Assembly: GCA_964247055.1 (NCBI GenBank)
Contig: OZ176053.1
Location: forward strand, 2,728,001-2,792,000
DNA: 64,000 nucleotides
From: Paragordius varius
Lineage: Eukaryota; Animalia; Nematomorpha
Reading direction: 5' to 3'
The position numbers and the translations under genes are program-made. Positions 1 to 11,635 of this stretch are shown piece by piece. Every line of letters starts with the position of its first letter. Position 1 is the stretch's first letter. The notes under the pieces are model-generated. The model was not told the origin of the DNA. It made no database searches and saw only the letters and a program-made list of their open reading frames with translations.

Positions 1-97
1 TTTTTTCTATTTTTGTTTTAGGGGAGGTTAATGGTTGTTCATCGGTGGTAAGTAGGTTCGATGATCCTTCTCCAGTACCTTTCGGAGATTTTTCCAT
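1..97 (-). CDS. Probable first coding exon of an unidentified gene divergent from RFC2 (runs off the window)
   Basis: ATG at 97-95 opens a stop-free frame to the window edge: MEKSPKGTGEGSSNLLTTDEQPLTSPKTKIEK; GC content above the local background. No family recognised. Confidence 0.45.
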   Translation of the reverse strand, partial: MEKSPKGTGEGSSNLLTTDEQPLTSPKTKIEK

Positions 98-179
98 ATT
101 CACGCGTTTCGACTACAATCGCCTGAAGAGTGATTGTTCACACATATGGTTAAATTTTAAAGCGCACAAATTCAAAAAA
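98..179. promoter_or_regulatory. Putative compact bidirectional promoter containing ACGCGT (102-107)
   Basis: Only 82 bp separate the two opposing ATGs (97 minus, 180 plus); an ACGCGT palindrome (MCB/E2F-type core) lies within. Function inferred. Confidence 0.4.
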
Positions 180-2747
180 ATGATATATTTACCTTGGTAA
201 AATTTTTAATTTGAAACTGTTGTATAGGATTGAAAAATATCGACCCAATCTTTTAAAAGATATAGTTGGTAATGAAAGAGCTATTGGTCGGTTTCAAGTA
301 AAATGTCATTTATAACAAAGTATTTTGCTAAAGAAGGAAATATTCCCAATGTTATACTTTCGGTATTTTGTCTTTCTTTATATTTAAGGGACCGCCTGGA
401 ATAGGTAAAACATCGACTATACAGTGCCTAGCTCATGAAATGCTTGGCGATCAATACAAAGAAGCCATTTTAGAGCTAAATGCGTCAAATGATCGGTAAT
501 ATATTTAAATTTAATTTACAGTGGTATTGATGTAGTTAGAAATAAAATTAAAATGTTTGCTCAGAAAAAATTATCTTTGCCTCCAGGAAAACACAAAATT
601 ATTGTATTAGACGAAGCGGATAGGTTTAATTTTTTAGATATAAAAAATTAGTATGACCGAAGGTGCACAACAAGCTTTAAGGCGCACCATGGAAATATTT
701 TCTGAGACAACTAGATTTGCGTTTGCCTGTAATACCTCCGAAAAAATAATTGGTATTTATTTTTATATAGGGTTTAAAATTCATTTGATATCCAATTCAA
801 GTTTTTACGTAAAATTATAAAGCAAACATGTTTAACACTTTAAATTAGTTTTCAACCAACATTTTAATAGATGAAAGTTCAACTTTTATAATATTTATTT
901 CATCTTTTTAGGAAAACACTCTGGTTCTAACCCGGTTTTAGTCTTATTTTTATTTTCTTCTTGTTTTAACTTTTGATCAGGTTTTATTATTTATGTAAAA
1001 ATTGCATTTATTGACCGAGAACATTTTTTTAAATTGTGCAATTATATCACACATATTTTTGTCGCATAATATATTATTTAATATTTTTTATAAAAAATTG
1101 TTTTTTATATATATCTATAATTTGAATTATAATTATAATCTATATTATTCAAAAAGAACCAATACAATCCAGATGTGTGGTCGTACGTTTCACCAAATTA
1201 AGAGATGAACAAATTTTAGCAAAACTCCTTGAAGTTTGCAAAAATGAAGATTTAAGTTACACGGAAGATGGTTTAGAAGCTATCATTTATACAGCACAAG
1301 GCGATTTAAGATTGGTAATATATCTTTAGTCATAACCAATTTTATTTAAAGGGTATAACCGAAAGTTTTAAATAAAAGCATTTTTAAATATCTAACTGTA
1401 GTTAAAATATTTAACTTATTTTAAGACAAAATGTTTTTATTTATAAATACAGTATGCATTTTAATGGTTACTTATTTCACACTATAGTAGGGCAATTCGC
1501 AACACAGGTGTATAAAAAAGAAATGACATAATTGTTTATTCAACATTTTGTTTTTTTTCATGCAGTACTGTGTTGCAAATTACCCTATTAAAGTGTGAAA
1601 CAAGCAACCATTAAAATGTATACTGTATTTGTATAGGCTCTAAATAATTTACAATCCACCTTCTCCGGATTCAATCACGTCAATGCAACCAATGTATTTA
1701 AAGTATGGATTGCATTTTAACATGACATAGATTTTGTTTAAATGTTCTTTACGTTTCCTAAAAATTTCTAATGCAAGATAATCTGTTAATCGATAATTTG
1801 TTCAATTATTTTTACGATACAATTTAAATAACTAATATCTGATGCTTTACTATCAAATCATTTTCCAAAGCCGTATATAGTTATCACAATAATTTTGTAT
1901 AAAAATAATTATAAAAACACTTAAATATATAATAATAATTTTATAACCAAAAGGTATGTGATGAACCTCACCCAATTCAAATAAAAGCAATGTTGGAACA
2001 TTGTGTAAATGGAGATTTTATTGCAGCCCGAACCATTATGACAGATAAATTGTGGAAGGCTGGCTTTTCTCCTGAAGACATAATTGGAAGCATCTTTAAA
2101 GTTGCTAAAAATGGGTTTGGTCCCCAAAAAGAATTTAGTGATGTGGCCCGTTTAGAATTTATTAAGGTTTATTTTTGTTTTTCTCTGGATTTTTTTTAAT
2201 TTATTTTAGTCAAAAATCATATCGTTGAATGGAATTTAGTTTTGGATTCGGGTGGCATTTTTTAGAAATGGAAAATTTCGAAATATATGGTAACCAATTT
2301 TAATAAAATAATTTTATCGCTTCCGTTTTAAAAAAACTTGCACAGAGATGAATTTTGATATGATAATTAACAGCAATTTTTTATGAAAGACTCTTTAACC
2401 CCTTTATTTTTCACATAGTTAATAAAATATATAAGATTAAAATTAGCATTATGTTAAAAATGAGCAATATAATATACGTTGTTTTTTAATTGTAAACGGT
2501 TTTTAAAAAAAACATTGTTTTTGGCGTTATAAAAAACCGATTCGATTTCACGAAGAATTTTTTTTACTTATCAACATTAATAAATTATTTTAATCTTTAA
2601 ATTTAATTTTTTGTCGTATTTTCGCTATCATTTTAGGAAATATCTTTGATGCAAATGCGAGTTTGTGAAGGAATCAATACATCATTACAATTTACAGCTT
2701 TAATTTCCCGATTATGTTCGATAGCCAAAAACCCACCCGAATTTTAA
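180..2747 (+). CDS. RFC2: Replication factor C small subunit (human RFC2 / yeast Rfc4 type), 10 exons
   Basis: Exons 180-196, 228-297, 321-362, 389-495, 522-623, 652-752, 1157-1314, 1637-1702, 1954-2166, 2637-2747, all GT-AG and frame-consistent. Motifs: PWIEKYRP, Walker [65 protein letters not shown]. Confidence 0.95.
1450..1625. mobile_element. Palindromic MITE with TA target duplication in RFC2 intron 7
   Basis: TA|CAGTATGCATTTTAATGGTT...TTTCACACT..TAGGGCAATTCGCAACACAG mirrored by CTGTGTTGCAAATTACCCTA..AGTGTGAAA..AACCATTAAAATGTATACTG|TA; Tc1/mariner-like ends. Confidence 0.75.
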
Positions 2748-4900
2748 TTATATGTATATATATTATAGAATTGTTCGTAAATAAATAAATTTATTATTGA
2801 GAATTGTTTTGAAAAATATCTCTTTTTAAATGACATAAAAATATGGCAATGCTATGGATTATGTCACAATTTATGCTAAGGTAAAGAACCAAAAATTTTA
2901 TTAATGCTATTGTTAATTATATTTATATTTAAAGAAAATTTATGTTTTTCACATGAATGGATAAATGACCATAACATCAAATTTGATTTAGGATTTGATG
3001 GATCACTTTGAAAGGAAAACGTTTCATATTAATTACCCGTTTTAAAAACAAAATATAAAATTTAAAGTGTAATTATCAACTAAATTCCATAGCTTTGCAG
3101 GTTGATTGGAGAAAATATAGATTTGTTTATATATAATAATATATATTTATGACGGATAATCAGTACCTTCATTATGCATATTTGATGCATTGAGAAACAT
3201 AAAACCTCATTTTTTGCCATGAAGTATAGTATCTTATATTTTTATGATGATTTGAATATTCTAAAGTTATTGTTCAACAATATGAAGAATTGTTATGGAA
3301 CTATCAAAACAATTTTATTGACTTGACAGTACTGACAACATAATACATTCAAACCCTTTTTGTGTGATATTTTTGTTGATTGACCCTTTTCCCCTTTTTA
3401 TGCGTTTTAAAATTTTTTATGCGTGAACTCTTTGGTGATTGAATTTTTATTTTGTTAAATTCTCTTATTCGGCTATTATTATATTAAAAAATTAGCCATC
3501 ATGCTAATTTAAATATTCAATTTTTGACAATATTTTATTTTTGGGAGTATTCTTGAGTTACAATAGACAAATAGACTACCCAAACAATTAATAATATAGC
3601 AATCAAGTATAATTTTTCTGCATCGTGTAATCATAAGTTATAACAGGTTTAACTAGGCATAGGCGCCATTTTATCTATCTAACATTAAAAAAGAAAAACA
3701 CCACCTTAAGTAGGGCAAAATAGCGGCTATTTTTATATTTGGTTATTTTATCGACTGAAATAAACATTTGCGGCACGAATTCCTTTTTTATTTTAATGTG
3801 AACTAGTGGGGACTCTAATAGACCGAACAACTGTGATGTCCATAAAGTGTAATAGTTACTGGATAAACCAAATTAACTCAAGGGGAATCGGTATTTATAT
3901 GGATAATAAAAAACAATCAGTAGACTATGAATAATGAGAAATACCAATAAACTTGGTATTTACGTCTCAACAAATATCGCATGATTTTTGCATTTGGATG
4001 CAGGGTGAGGGTGTATATAGTAAATTCAAAGCGGAAAAATTGCCGGTTTTACCTTGCCAAGCCGGTGCATTAATACCAAGGTCAATCGCTTCGACAAGAA
4101 AACCAAACTCTATGTTTAATGGGACCAAAATGGTACTATGTATCATAAACTTTCGAAGCCGGGAGTAATTCATATTTCTCACCACTATCATTCTTAAATA
4201 ATTGATTTAACCAGGCATATCGAACGACAGGAATGGGCAAGAAGACATACTACATGACAATCCGTCTCTTACAGCAAAACGAGATAAAGACACATTAAAA
4301 TTAGTACGATAGGAATTTTTCCTATCTGCTTAAATTTTCGGTTCTAGAGCCATCTGTCCATTATTTCTTCGCATCAATGCGGCATAAGCTCTCAAAGCAG
4401 ATCTTTAAATTAAAAGAAGTTAGAAAATGACATGAAAAATGGTGCACCGTAAAAACAATCAGTTTTTTAACATGACATTTATATATTAGCAGATGGGGTA
4501 TATGTCTAGAAACCATAATACAATAAAAATAAAATAAATATATGATTTCTCTTTAAAATTACATATTTTTAACCAGAAAAGCAAACATTAGGACTACATT
4601 TGATATGTCGTACTAATTTGAGGTGTTAATTTATCGTTCCATGTAACATTGCGACAGTATAGCTAACGGATAGAACTGCGATATTTTCAAATAATATACG
4701 AAACTTTTTTGCAATTTTTTTAAGAATTTTTTAGGGTCTGCTGTACGGCACAAAAAGAGGTCTGAGTGTAAATTATAACATTTTTAAAGCGAAACGCTGA
4801 TAATCTAATCATTTATTATATTGTAAATTATTATTTAACGTAAATGAAATTTATATAAGAGATATTCGGCATGTTTTGTCCGGTATAATTTATAAACATA

Positions 4901-5880
4901 TTACGCTCCGGTAGAAAGAAGGGCCGTAAATCCACTTGCTAGTGTGATAAAAATTTAGTATAAAATTAAATAAAACAAAGCTTATATTAAGATAATTTTA
5001 GATTTAAAGAAGAAAGAAACGGCAGCAAATTAAAATTATTTTACCCTTAATAAACTTAATTTTATTTATATAAAGTAAAGTTTTGTAATTTACTAAATAA
5101 AATTGTCATAAAAAATTATAAAAAATATTATACATACCAAGTAGCAAAGAAAGGCCATAATTGATGGCCCCTTGGAATTTAGCAAAGAAAAAACAGCAAC
5201 AAACTAGAAAAGCAAGCAGGAAAAGAGCATTGTTATAGAAAATGCTGTAAGTCGTGGCCTCGTAATCAGAAACTTCATTTTTCTTCCAAAGAATGCGCTC
5301 ATCTCGATCCTTTTTGGAAATGGCTTTTCTCGCATTTATGGCTGCTGCTAGAGTGGTGTTATTTGGTCCAGCTGGCGTATTTTGCTCCTCTAAAGAATAA
5401 AAACGTATTTTTAGTTAAAAATTATAAATTGAGGTAAATTTACATTATTATACCTAATACCGGAGTTGTTTGAACGTGTGTTGTACCCAATGCATTTACT
5501 TCTTTGGTAATGGCTTCTTCCCTCAATTGAGCGATTTTGTGTTTCAAAACAAATTTGACGTTTTTATACGCATATGTCATCAAAAACGTGGCAGGCAAAG
5601 TTAAGAGGACAAACAATGATAACAAAAGTGGGATAAACGGCTCAACTGGATATATCCGCCAATATACCCACAGAGGTATAGCTGTTATAATAAACCCATT
5701 TCCATAAAACAGAGCGGATGATTTGGTACTAACATTTCGACTAAAATCCTGTAACAAAATTTCCTCTTCCTTTGTCAATTTTGAGTGTCTACTGTGTGGA
5801 GATGGTTGTTTATTTAATGACATTTTATCATTCACAATTTTAGATGATGTTATGGTAAGAGTTTTAGAATCCGAGCCCAT
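4901..5880 (-). CDS. SSR3: Translocon-associated protein subunit gamma (TRAP-gamma), 3 exons
   Basis: Exons 5880-5454, 5389-5138, 4938-4901. Diagnostic [65 protein letters not shown] and C-terminal [12 protein letters not shown]. The start could instead be the Met at 5823. Confidence 0.93.
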
Positions 5881-6157
5881 AAAATAGCAAAAGGTTTATA
5901 ACGTGGAATATTAGGTGGGTGATGTAGCCACAGATGATATAAATTCACCCTTTCGCATTCGATTGTTTATCGCATTTTTGAATAAATTTGTAACGGCAAA
6001 TTAAATTTAAAAAAATTCAAACTAATAATATGGTTTAATTTAGATTTTATCACTATTTTTATATTCAACCCCAAAGTAATGTTAAATTTATATTGATTAC
6101 ATCAGTGGTTCTCAAACCGCGGCCCGCCGGCCGCATGCGGCCCTGAGAGTGCTTTAA

Positions 6158-6727
6158 CACTTGGATACAACACATTCATTTCAGTCCTTCGATTCAAATT
6201 GAGGTAGTTGGATACCCCTGGCCTGTTTAAAATTAAATTCTTAAAAATATATGGAAGGAATCGAAACCATGGCAAAATTTTGCACTTATTTTACAATAAT
6301 AAATCGAAATATATAAAAAAATTTATTCAAAAATACTTGATATTACTTATTTTAAGCTAAAACCGAAAGATAAAAATTTCGTCAACGTGACATGTGTGAA
6401 ATGATAAAATTAAAAAATAATACAAAATAAACCGCTTTTTCTATTTCCATCAATGTTAGATTAATTTAAATAAAAAATTAGCATTAATTTTACCCTTAAA
6501 ATAAATTGAAGACGATATTTTGCAAAAATTTTGAAAAATAGCGTCAAAGTAGTTTGACAGGGAACCTTTTTTTCCGAACAAAATTTTATTTAGATATTTT
6601 GGCATATTTATATAATTTTTATAAGGTAGAAGCATAAATTTAAATTAGGACCATTTCCCTCAGTAGCTTATTAAAAATACTAACTTATATTTAGTCTGGG
6701 GTATTTAAATACCCTTGAATCGAAGTG
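6158..6727. mobile_element. piggyBac-like MITE inserted at TTAA
   Basis: TTAA at 6154-6157, imperfect TIRs CACTTGGATAC / GAATCGAAGTG, right flank TTCA. The sister Buster copy at 55388 shows the empty GCTTTAA site. Confidence 0.55.
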
Positions 6728-7025
6728 TTCATATTGGGCTATGATCATATTGATACTTAAATTATTTTTTTTATTGATGAATTTTTGAAATAAAACGAAA
6801 TTTCGCTTATTTTAATATTAATTTTTGGATTTTAATTTTTTACCCAATTTTCCCTAAGTCCTTTTTTGTACTTAAGTAAGCCTTTTAAACTTACTTTTCA
6901 TTGCTATCCTACATCATTTTTTAACCCATTCCCATGAAATATTTTTCAAAATCAACATCAATAAATTTCGACCTGTTTTTTTACCATAATTTAAATTATA
7001 TTCCTAATTTTTAAGTGATTTACAT

Positions 7026-7950
7026 ATTAAACATAAATTTAAATGACATCTAATGCTAAAAAACGTAAATATCCGAAGAAAATCGCTTTCAAAAAAGAAT
7101 GGGAAGAAAAATTCTTTGTGGTTTTAAATAAAAATCTTGTTACCTGCCTTATATGTAAGGACAACATAATTATAAAATACAATATTGAAAGACATTAATC
7201 CATCATTCTCATAAATTTCCAGAAAATTATGAGGAAATAAACGAAAAATATAAAAAGATAAGGAATTATGTAAGAAAGAAAAATCTATTATGTCCATAGC
7301 TTTCAGTGACAAATGGTGGGTTAGGCTTCCTTTGCGACATTACTTATAAACTTAGTATATTAAATACAAGTCTTCAAAAGAGCAAAATAATAACCCAATT
7401 CGCTAATCAAATATTAGCTTTTGAATAAAATTTATAATATATTAACAAGATTTATAAATAAAACACTCCTATATTTTCCAACATTTAAAACGATTCATGA
7501 AGAAAATATGGAATTTACCACGGAGATTAAGTTAATAGACAATCATTTAACATTTTTATCTAATGAGGTGAAATTCAAATTTCAAGAATTAAGAAATATT
7601 AAAAATTGCTTTAAACTCGTTGAAAATTATGGCATATTGATATATTTAATAATAAGCAACATGAGCGTTTAGATCAAGCGCATATCATTTAAAAATTATT
7701 AGATTTTAAAAATGATTTCGAATTGGAGGCTATATTTAAGGAGAATCGCAGCGAAGATAGATATGTAGAGTTTTAGCAAGATGTCCCAAATAAATATAAT
7801 AATATAAATGTGCTTATATTATCCTAATTGTTTTCCTCTCAACTTGCCCGTGTGAGACGGCATATTCAAAAATAAAGTATGCCAAGAATACATACAGATA
7901 TCGCTTTACCAATGATCATATGGACGACGTATTGAGATTGGCCTGTCATG
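7026..7950 (+). pseudogene. Degenerate Buster/Charlie (GTF2IRD2/EPM2AIP1-like) transposase remnant
   Basis: MTSNAKKRKY..KKEWEEKFFV..TCLICKD..KYNIERH (BED finger region), LCDITYKLSILNTSLQ, and C-terminal YRFTNDHMDDVLRLA; catalytic core deleted, many stops and frameshifts. Confidence 0.8.
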
Positions 7951-8058
7951 AGGCGAAAAAATGTTGTTATCAAAATATTTTAAATTTTCTAAATGGTGGA
8001 TAACGAGTTTTTGGCTGGATTTACTGCGATCCGCGAAAAACACAGTGTGGATTTAGAG

Positions 8059-9710
8059 CAGGGCTTCTTAAACTTTTGTAGTTCCCGACCCCATTTATGA
8101 TTGCGAGTTTCTGAACGACCCCAACAAATATAAACGAAAAATATTAGTTTCTTCGAAATAACACTTAGAAATTTTGTTGATAATATTTATAAGGATTATT
8201 TCGGTTTTGAGAGATTTACAATAATAAATCTACACTTATTATAAATTTATATAACATTTTCTGATTCATAGTAAATTTATACAAGATACTGACTGGCCCT
8301 GTCACTTCGGTGTGGCGTAGTCTCACCGATAATTATTCTTAATAATTTGCAATAAATAGAATTAATGGAGATAAAAAAAATAATAATAAACATATTTAAT
8401 AAATAGAATGTCTTTAATTATTATTTTACGGTTTGCATAGGCTGAAATATTGTTTACTCGAAATTGGCCATATTCTGTCCCTTATTAAAGTTAATATTCA
8501 ACTATCATTAGATTTATTTCAAGATTTTCTTTTTCTGTGATCAAGGGATAGAAAAAGTAAATCATTTGTGGTCCCTTAGAAACAATGGTATTATACAAAC
8601 TCCCCAGAAATGTGTTTAACTGAACTCGTATGGCTTCTTAAGTTTTTTGAAAATTAGCTCCAAAACAACGCCTTTTGTATGGCGTCTCAGATTTAAACCG
8701 GTAGATCCCTACCCATAGACCTATATGGCAAAGCGCTGAGTTTAATTCTTTGCCTTTATACGGCAAATATTTGGAATCATCTTTGATACCATCGTCTCAT
8801 GGGTTTCTAAAAAATACATCACTAAATAATCGTTATGTGATGGCGTTTTAGGGTATAATGGCTCCAAATTAACGGCTAATAAAAAAACCCGACCTTAATA
8901 TTTACCTAGTTAGGGGTAATATTTCGAGCTTTATATGAGCTCATATGGCTTCATAAATTTTCTGTAATTTAGCTCAAGAACAACGCAATTTCTATATAGT
9001 GCCGCAGTTTTAGCGGCTATCTGTTTACCCGGCAGCCAATATATAAAAAACGCAATAATATTACCTTTTAACAGAGAATAACTCCAATCCTCAGGGAATT
9101 TTAAAGGTATACCCTGGGCAAAAAAATTAGTTTTTTTTTTGAAAAAATGGCATTTTACGGGTGGAACGGGTAAAAAGAGAGCCTAAATTAAAAAAAGTAA
9201 GCCGACTAGGTTCGGCGCAATTGAAAAAAAGTAAAAATAATCATTTTTGAAATCGGATGGTACAACACGTTTTCCGGAAAATTTTCTCAAAGACATGATA
9301 TTTCTGGACTTCTCTTTTCAAAAAAACCCGTTTTTTACATGGGGTGGGCAATTGGGAGCCTAATTCAAAAAATGGCGAATTTATTGGCATTCAATAATAA
9401 TTATATTTTTTTGACATTTGAATTTGAATAGGTCTACGGGTTTTCCGGAAACAGATCACAAAGCCAGCATTTTCCATTTTTATAAATATATATATTACAA
9501 TGATCGGAATAGAAATGCTGGTATAAACAGTCTTTCCGAACCAGAAGATTTTATGATATTTTTATCTACGATGATTGTTATTCTTCTTTATAACAATAAT
9601 TTTACAAGTTAAAAAACGTTTTTGCTAAATTGTATTTTTATCACTCGCGACCCCATAATTTTGCTACGCGACCCCAAATGGAATTACGACCCATAGTTTA
9701 AGAAGCCCAG
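8059..9710 (+). mobile_element. hAT MITE carrying an internal Helitron (composite copy 1)
   Basis: TIR CAGGGCTTCTTAAACT / AGTTTAAGAAGCCCAG; perfect 8-bp TSD ATTTAGAG at 8051-8058 and 9711-9718. Confidence 0.9.
8289..9494 (-). mobile_element. Non-autonomous Helitron (copy 1)
   Basis: Reverse complement of the 11848-13115 copy; 5' T(A)TATATATTTATAAAAATG and 3' hairpin ACACCGAAGTGACAGGGCCAGTCAG|T (degenerate CTAG). Confidence 0.72.
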
Positions 9711-10269
9711 ATTTAGAGTATAAATATGTGCATATATGTCAAATAGCTATGGAATATTTTCCATTATAATGTTCATGACCCTCGAAAAAAAATATATTTT
9801 ATTTGGCCCGTCAAATTTTGGTGACCACTGGATTACATTAGGTTAACTTAATATGAGAGGCACAAACAATGCAAAAAATCCCTCGTTTGGCCCTTTGAAT
9901 ATTTACTTATATTTATATTATGTCAAAAAAATTTAAATTCAAGTTTATGTAACACTTTGATAAGGATTAACTAGATACAGAATATTTTTATTGAGCAAAA
10001 AGGGCAGAAATATATGCTTCGATCTCAATGCAATAACATAAATATCCCGAAGATAAATATTTTTGGAAAAATTATCCATATCAACATAAACGACTTATTT
10101 TAGCAGCATCTTTAACACTCTATTACCTCTGCATTTTATGCCCTATTTTACCTTTAGGGGTAGTTTTTTATCTTAGATAATTTATAATCAAACTATCTTT
10201 TTAAATTTTATTTTAATGATAATTTAATTATTATCAATTATTTTTTAAAGGATTATAATTTAAAGTTTT

Positions 10270-11260
10270 AAGACTTCTATAAAGTTATTTACACTATGGT
10301 GAGTGCTTCATATCTGAAAATGACAAAATTTACACACATTTTTTAAAAAAATTATTTGGTGGAAGTTAGCGATTTTATTTTAAAGACCATTAAAATACAC
10401 TATATTAAGCAAAACAATATTTTCTAAAAATTTAGATGCGGGCTCCAAAAGTCTCAAATTTTTCGCTCTTCATGGGCTGCTATTTCTCAAGAAACGCAAG
10501 GCGAGATTGTGATAAAGTTTTTAATATGTTAAATTTTGATATAAAAAAATATATCTAAAAAAATGCATAGTTTTTATAAAAATTTTATTTTTAGCATTTG
10601 TTGAAACCTACTTTATACTATGTTGAGGCATGATGGAAACGTATATAAACGCTTTTAGTTATTATAAAAACCCATTTTTGATATATATTGATGATGCTCG
10701 TTCGCTTAAGAATTATTGAAAGGTTCGTTTGCTTTTTAATTTTGGTAAATTTTTGAAAAAATGTCCAATTTATAAACATAATTTTGAAGACGAACTTTAA
10801 CATCTGTGACATAAAATGTTTTTATATTATCTTGAGCGCTTTTATACCGATTCCATCATGCATAAAAATAGTATGAAGTATACGCTCAAACAATATTTTG
10901 TTAAAAATTAAATTTTTTAATAATATGCATTTTTCAAAAAATATCTTTTTGATGTTTAAATTTGGTTTTTTAAAAATTTTATGGTTAAATCCCGGGATTT
11001 TTGCATTTATAAAAATTAGCACACTATAGAAGACAAAAAAATTTGGGACTTTCGAGGTCCACATCTAAAAATCAAAATATTTTAAAAAATATTGCTTGGT
11101 GTTTATAGATAGTTTGTGATATATTTTAGTGATATTTTTTGAAACGTAGCATTGACCTTTCACAAAAAAATTTATTTTAAAAAAATGTGCGCATATTTTG
11201 CCATTTTCTGATATGAAGCACTTACCACAAAAGTGTAAATAACTTTCTAACTAAGGGCCA
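10270..11260. mobile_element. Long imperfect palindromic non-autonomous element
   Basis: About 10280-10470 is an inverted copy of about 11040-11250; the internal inverted module pair (about 10600-10700 / 10825-10920) is shared with elements at 53330-55039 and 60095-61628. Boundaries approximate. Confidence 0.6.
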
Positions 11261-11449
11261 AAACGAAAAGCACCCTGATAATCCTGATACATTTTCCTGT
11301 CAGAATTTATATTTCATTAGATTTTTTATACCCCCGATTTTGGACGCAGTACATATATCCAAAAATTAAGAAATTTTAAAATAGGGGGTGAATATTAAGG
11401 CGTATGATATATTGAGAAATTAAAAAAGACTAAACTACTTTATATCAAT

Positions 11450-11627
11450 GGTACTTACCAAAAAATTCAAGCCGCAAAAAATGTTGTTCTTTTCTTAGGG
11501 CCGTTCCATATTATTACGGGGCTGTTTAACACATTTGCAGATATTTTAGCTCAAAATAGGTATGACATAAATTTTTATAATCAATGCCCAAAAAGGCCGC
11601 ATGTGGCTCGTGGTTTGAGTACCACTG
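11450..11627 (-). mobile_element. hAT terminal fragment (CAGTGGTACTCAAAC end)
   Basis: GTTTGAGTACCACTG at 11613-11627 with GGCCGCATGTGGC subterminal motif; a related fragment lies at about 62420-62615. Confidence 0.6.
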
Positions 11628-11635
11628 CTTTGTAC

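Larger units (their letters stand above)
6103..9830 (+). mobile_element. Internally deleted hAT (Buster/Charlie-type) DNA transposon with nested insertions
   Basis: TIRs CAGTGGTTCTCAAA / TTTTGGTGACCACTG; perfect 8-bp TSD GATTACAT at 6095-6102 and 9831-9838; transposase remnants inside. Confidence 0.88.

Noticed and set aside
2830-3340. Possible small plus-strand gene after RFC2 with GT/AG signals
   Set aside because: No combination of candidate exons I tried gave an open, recognisable protein.
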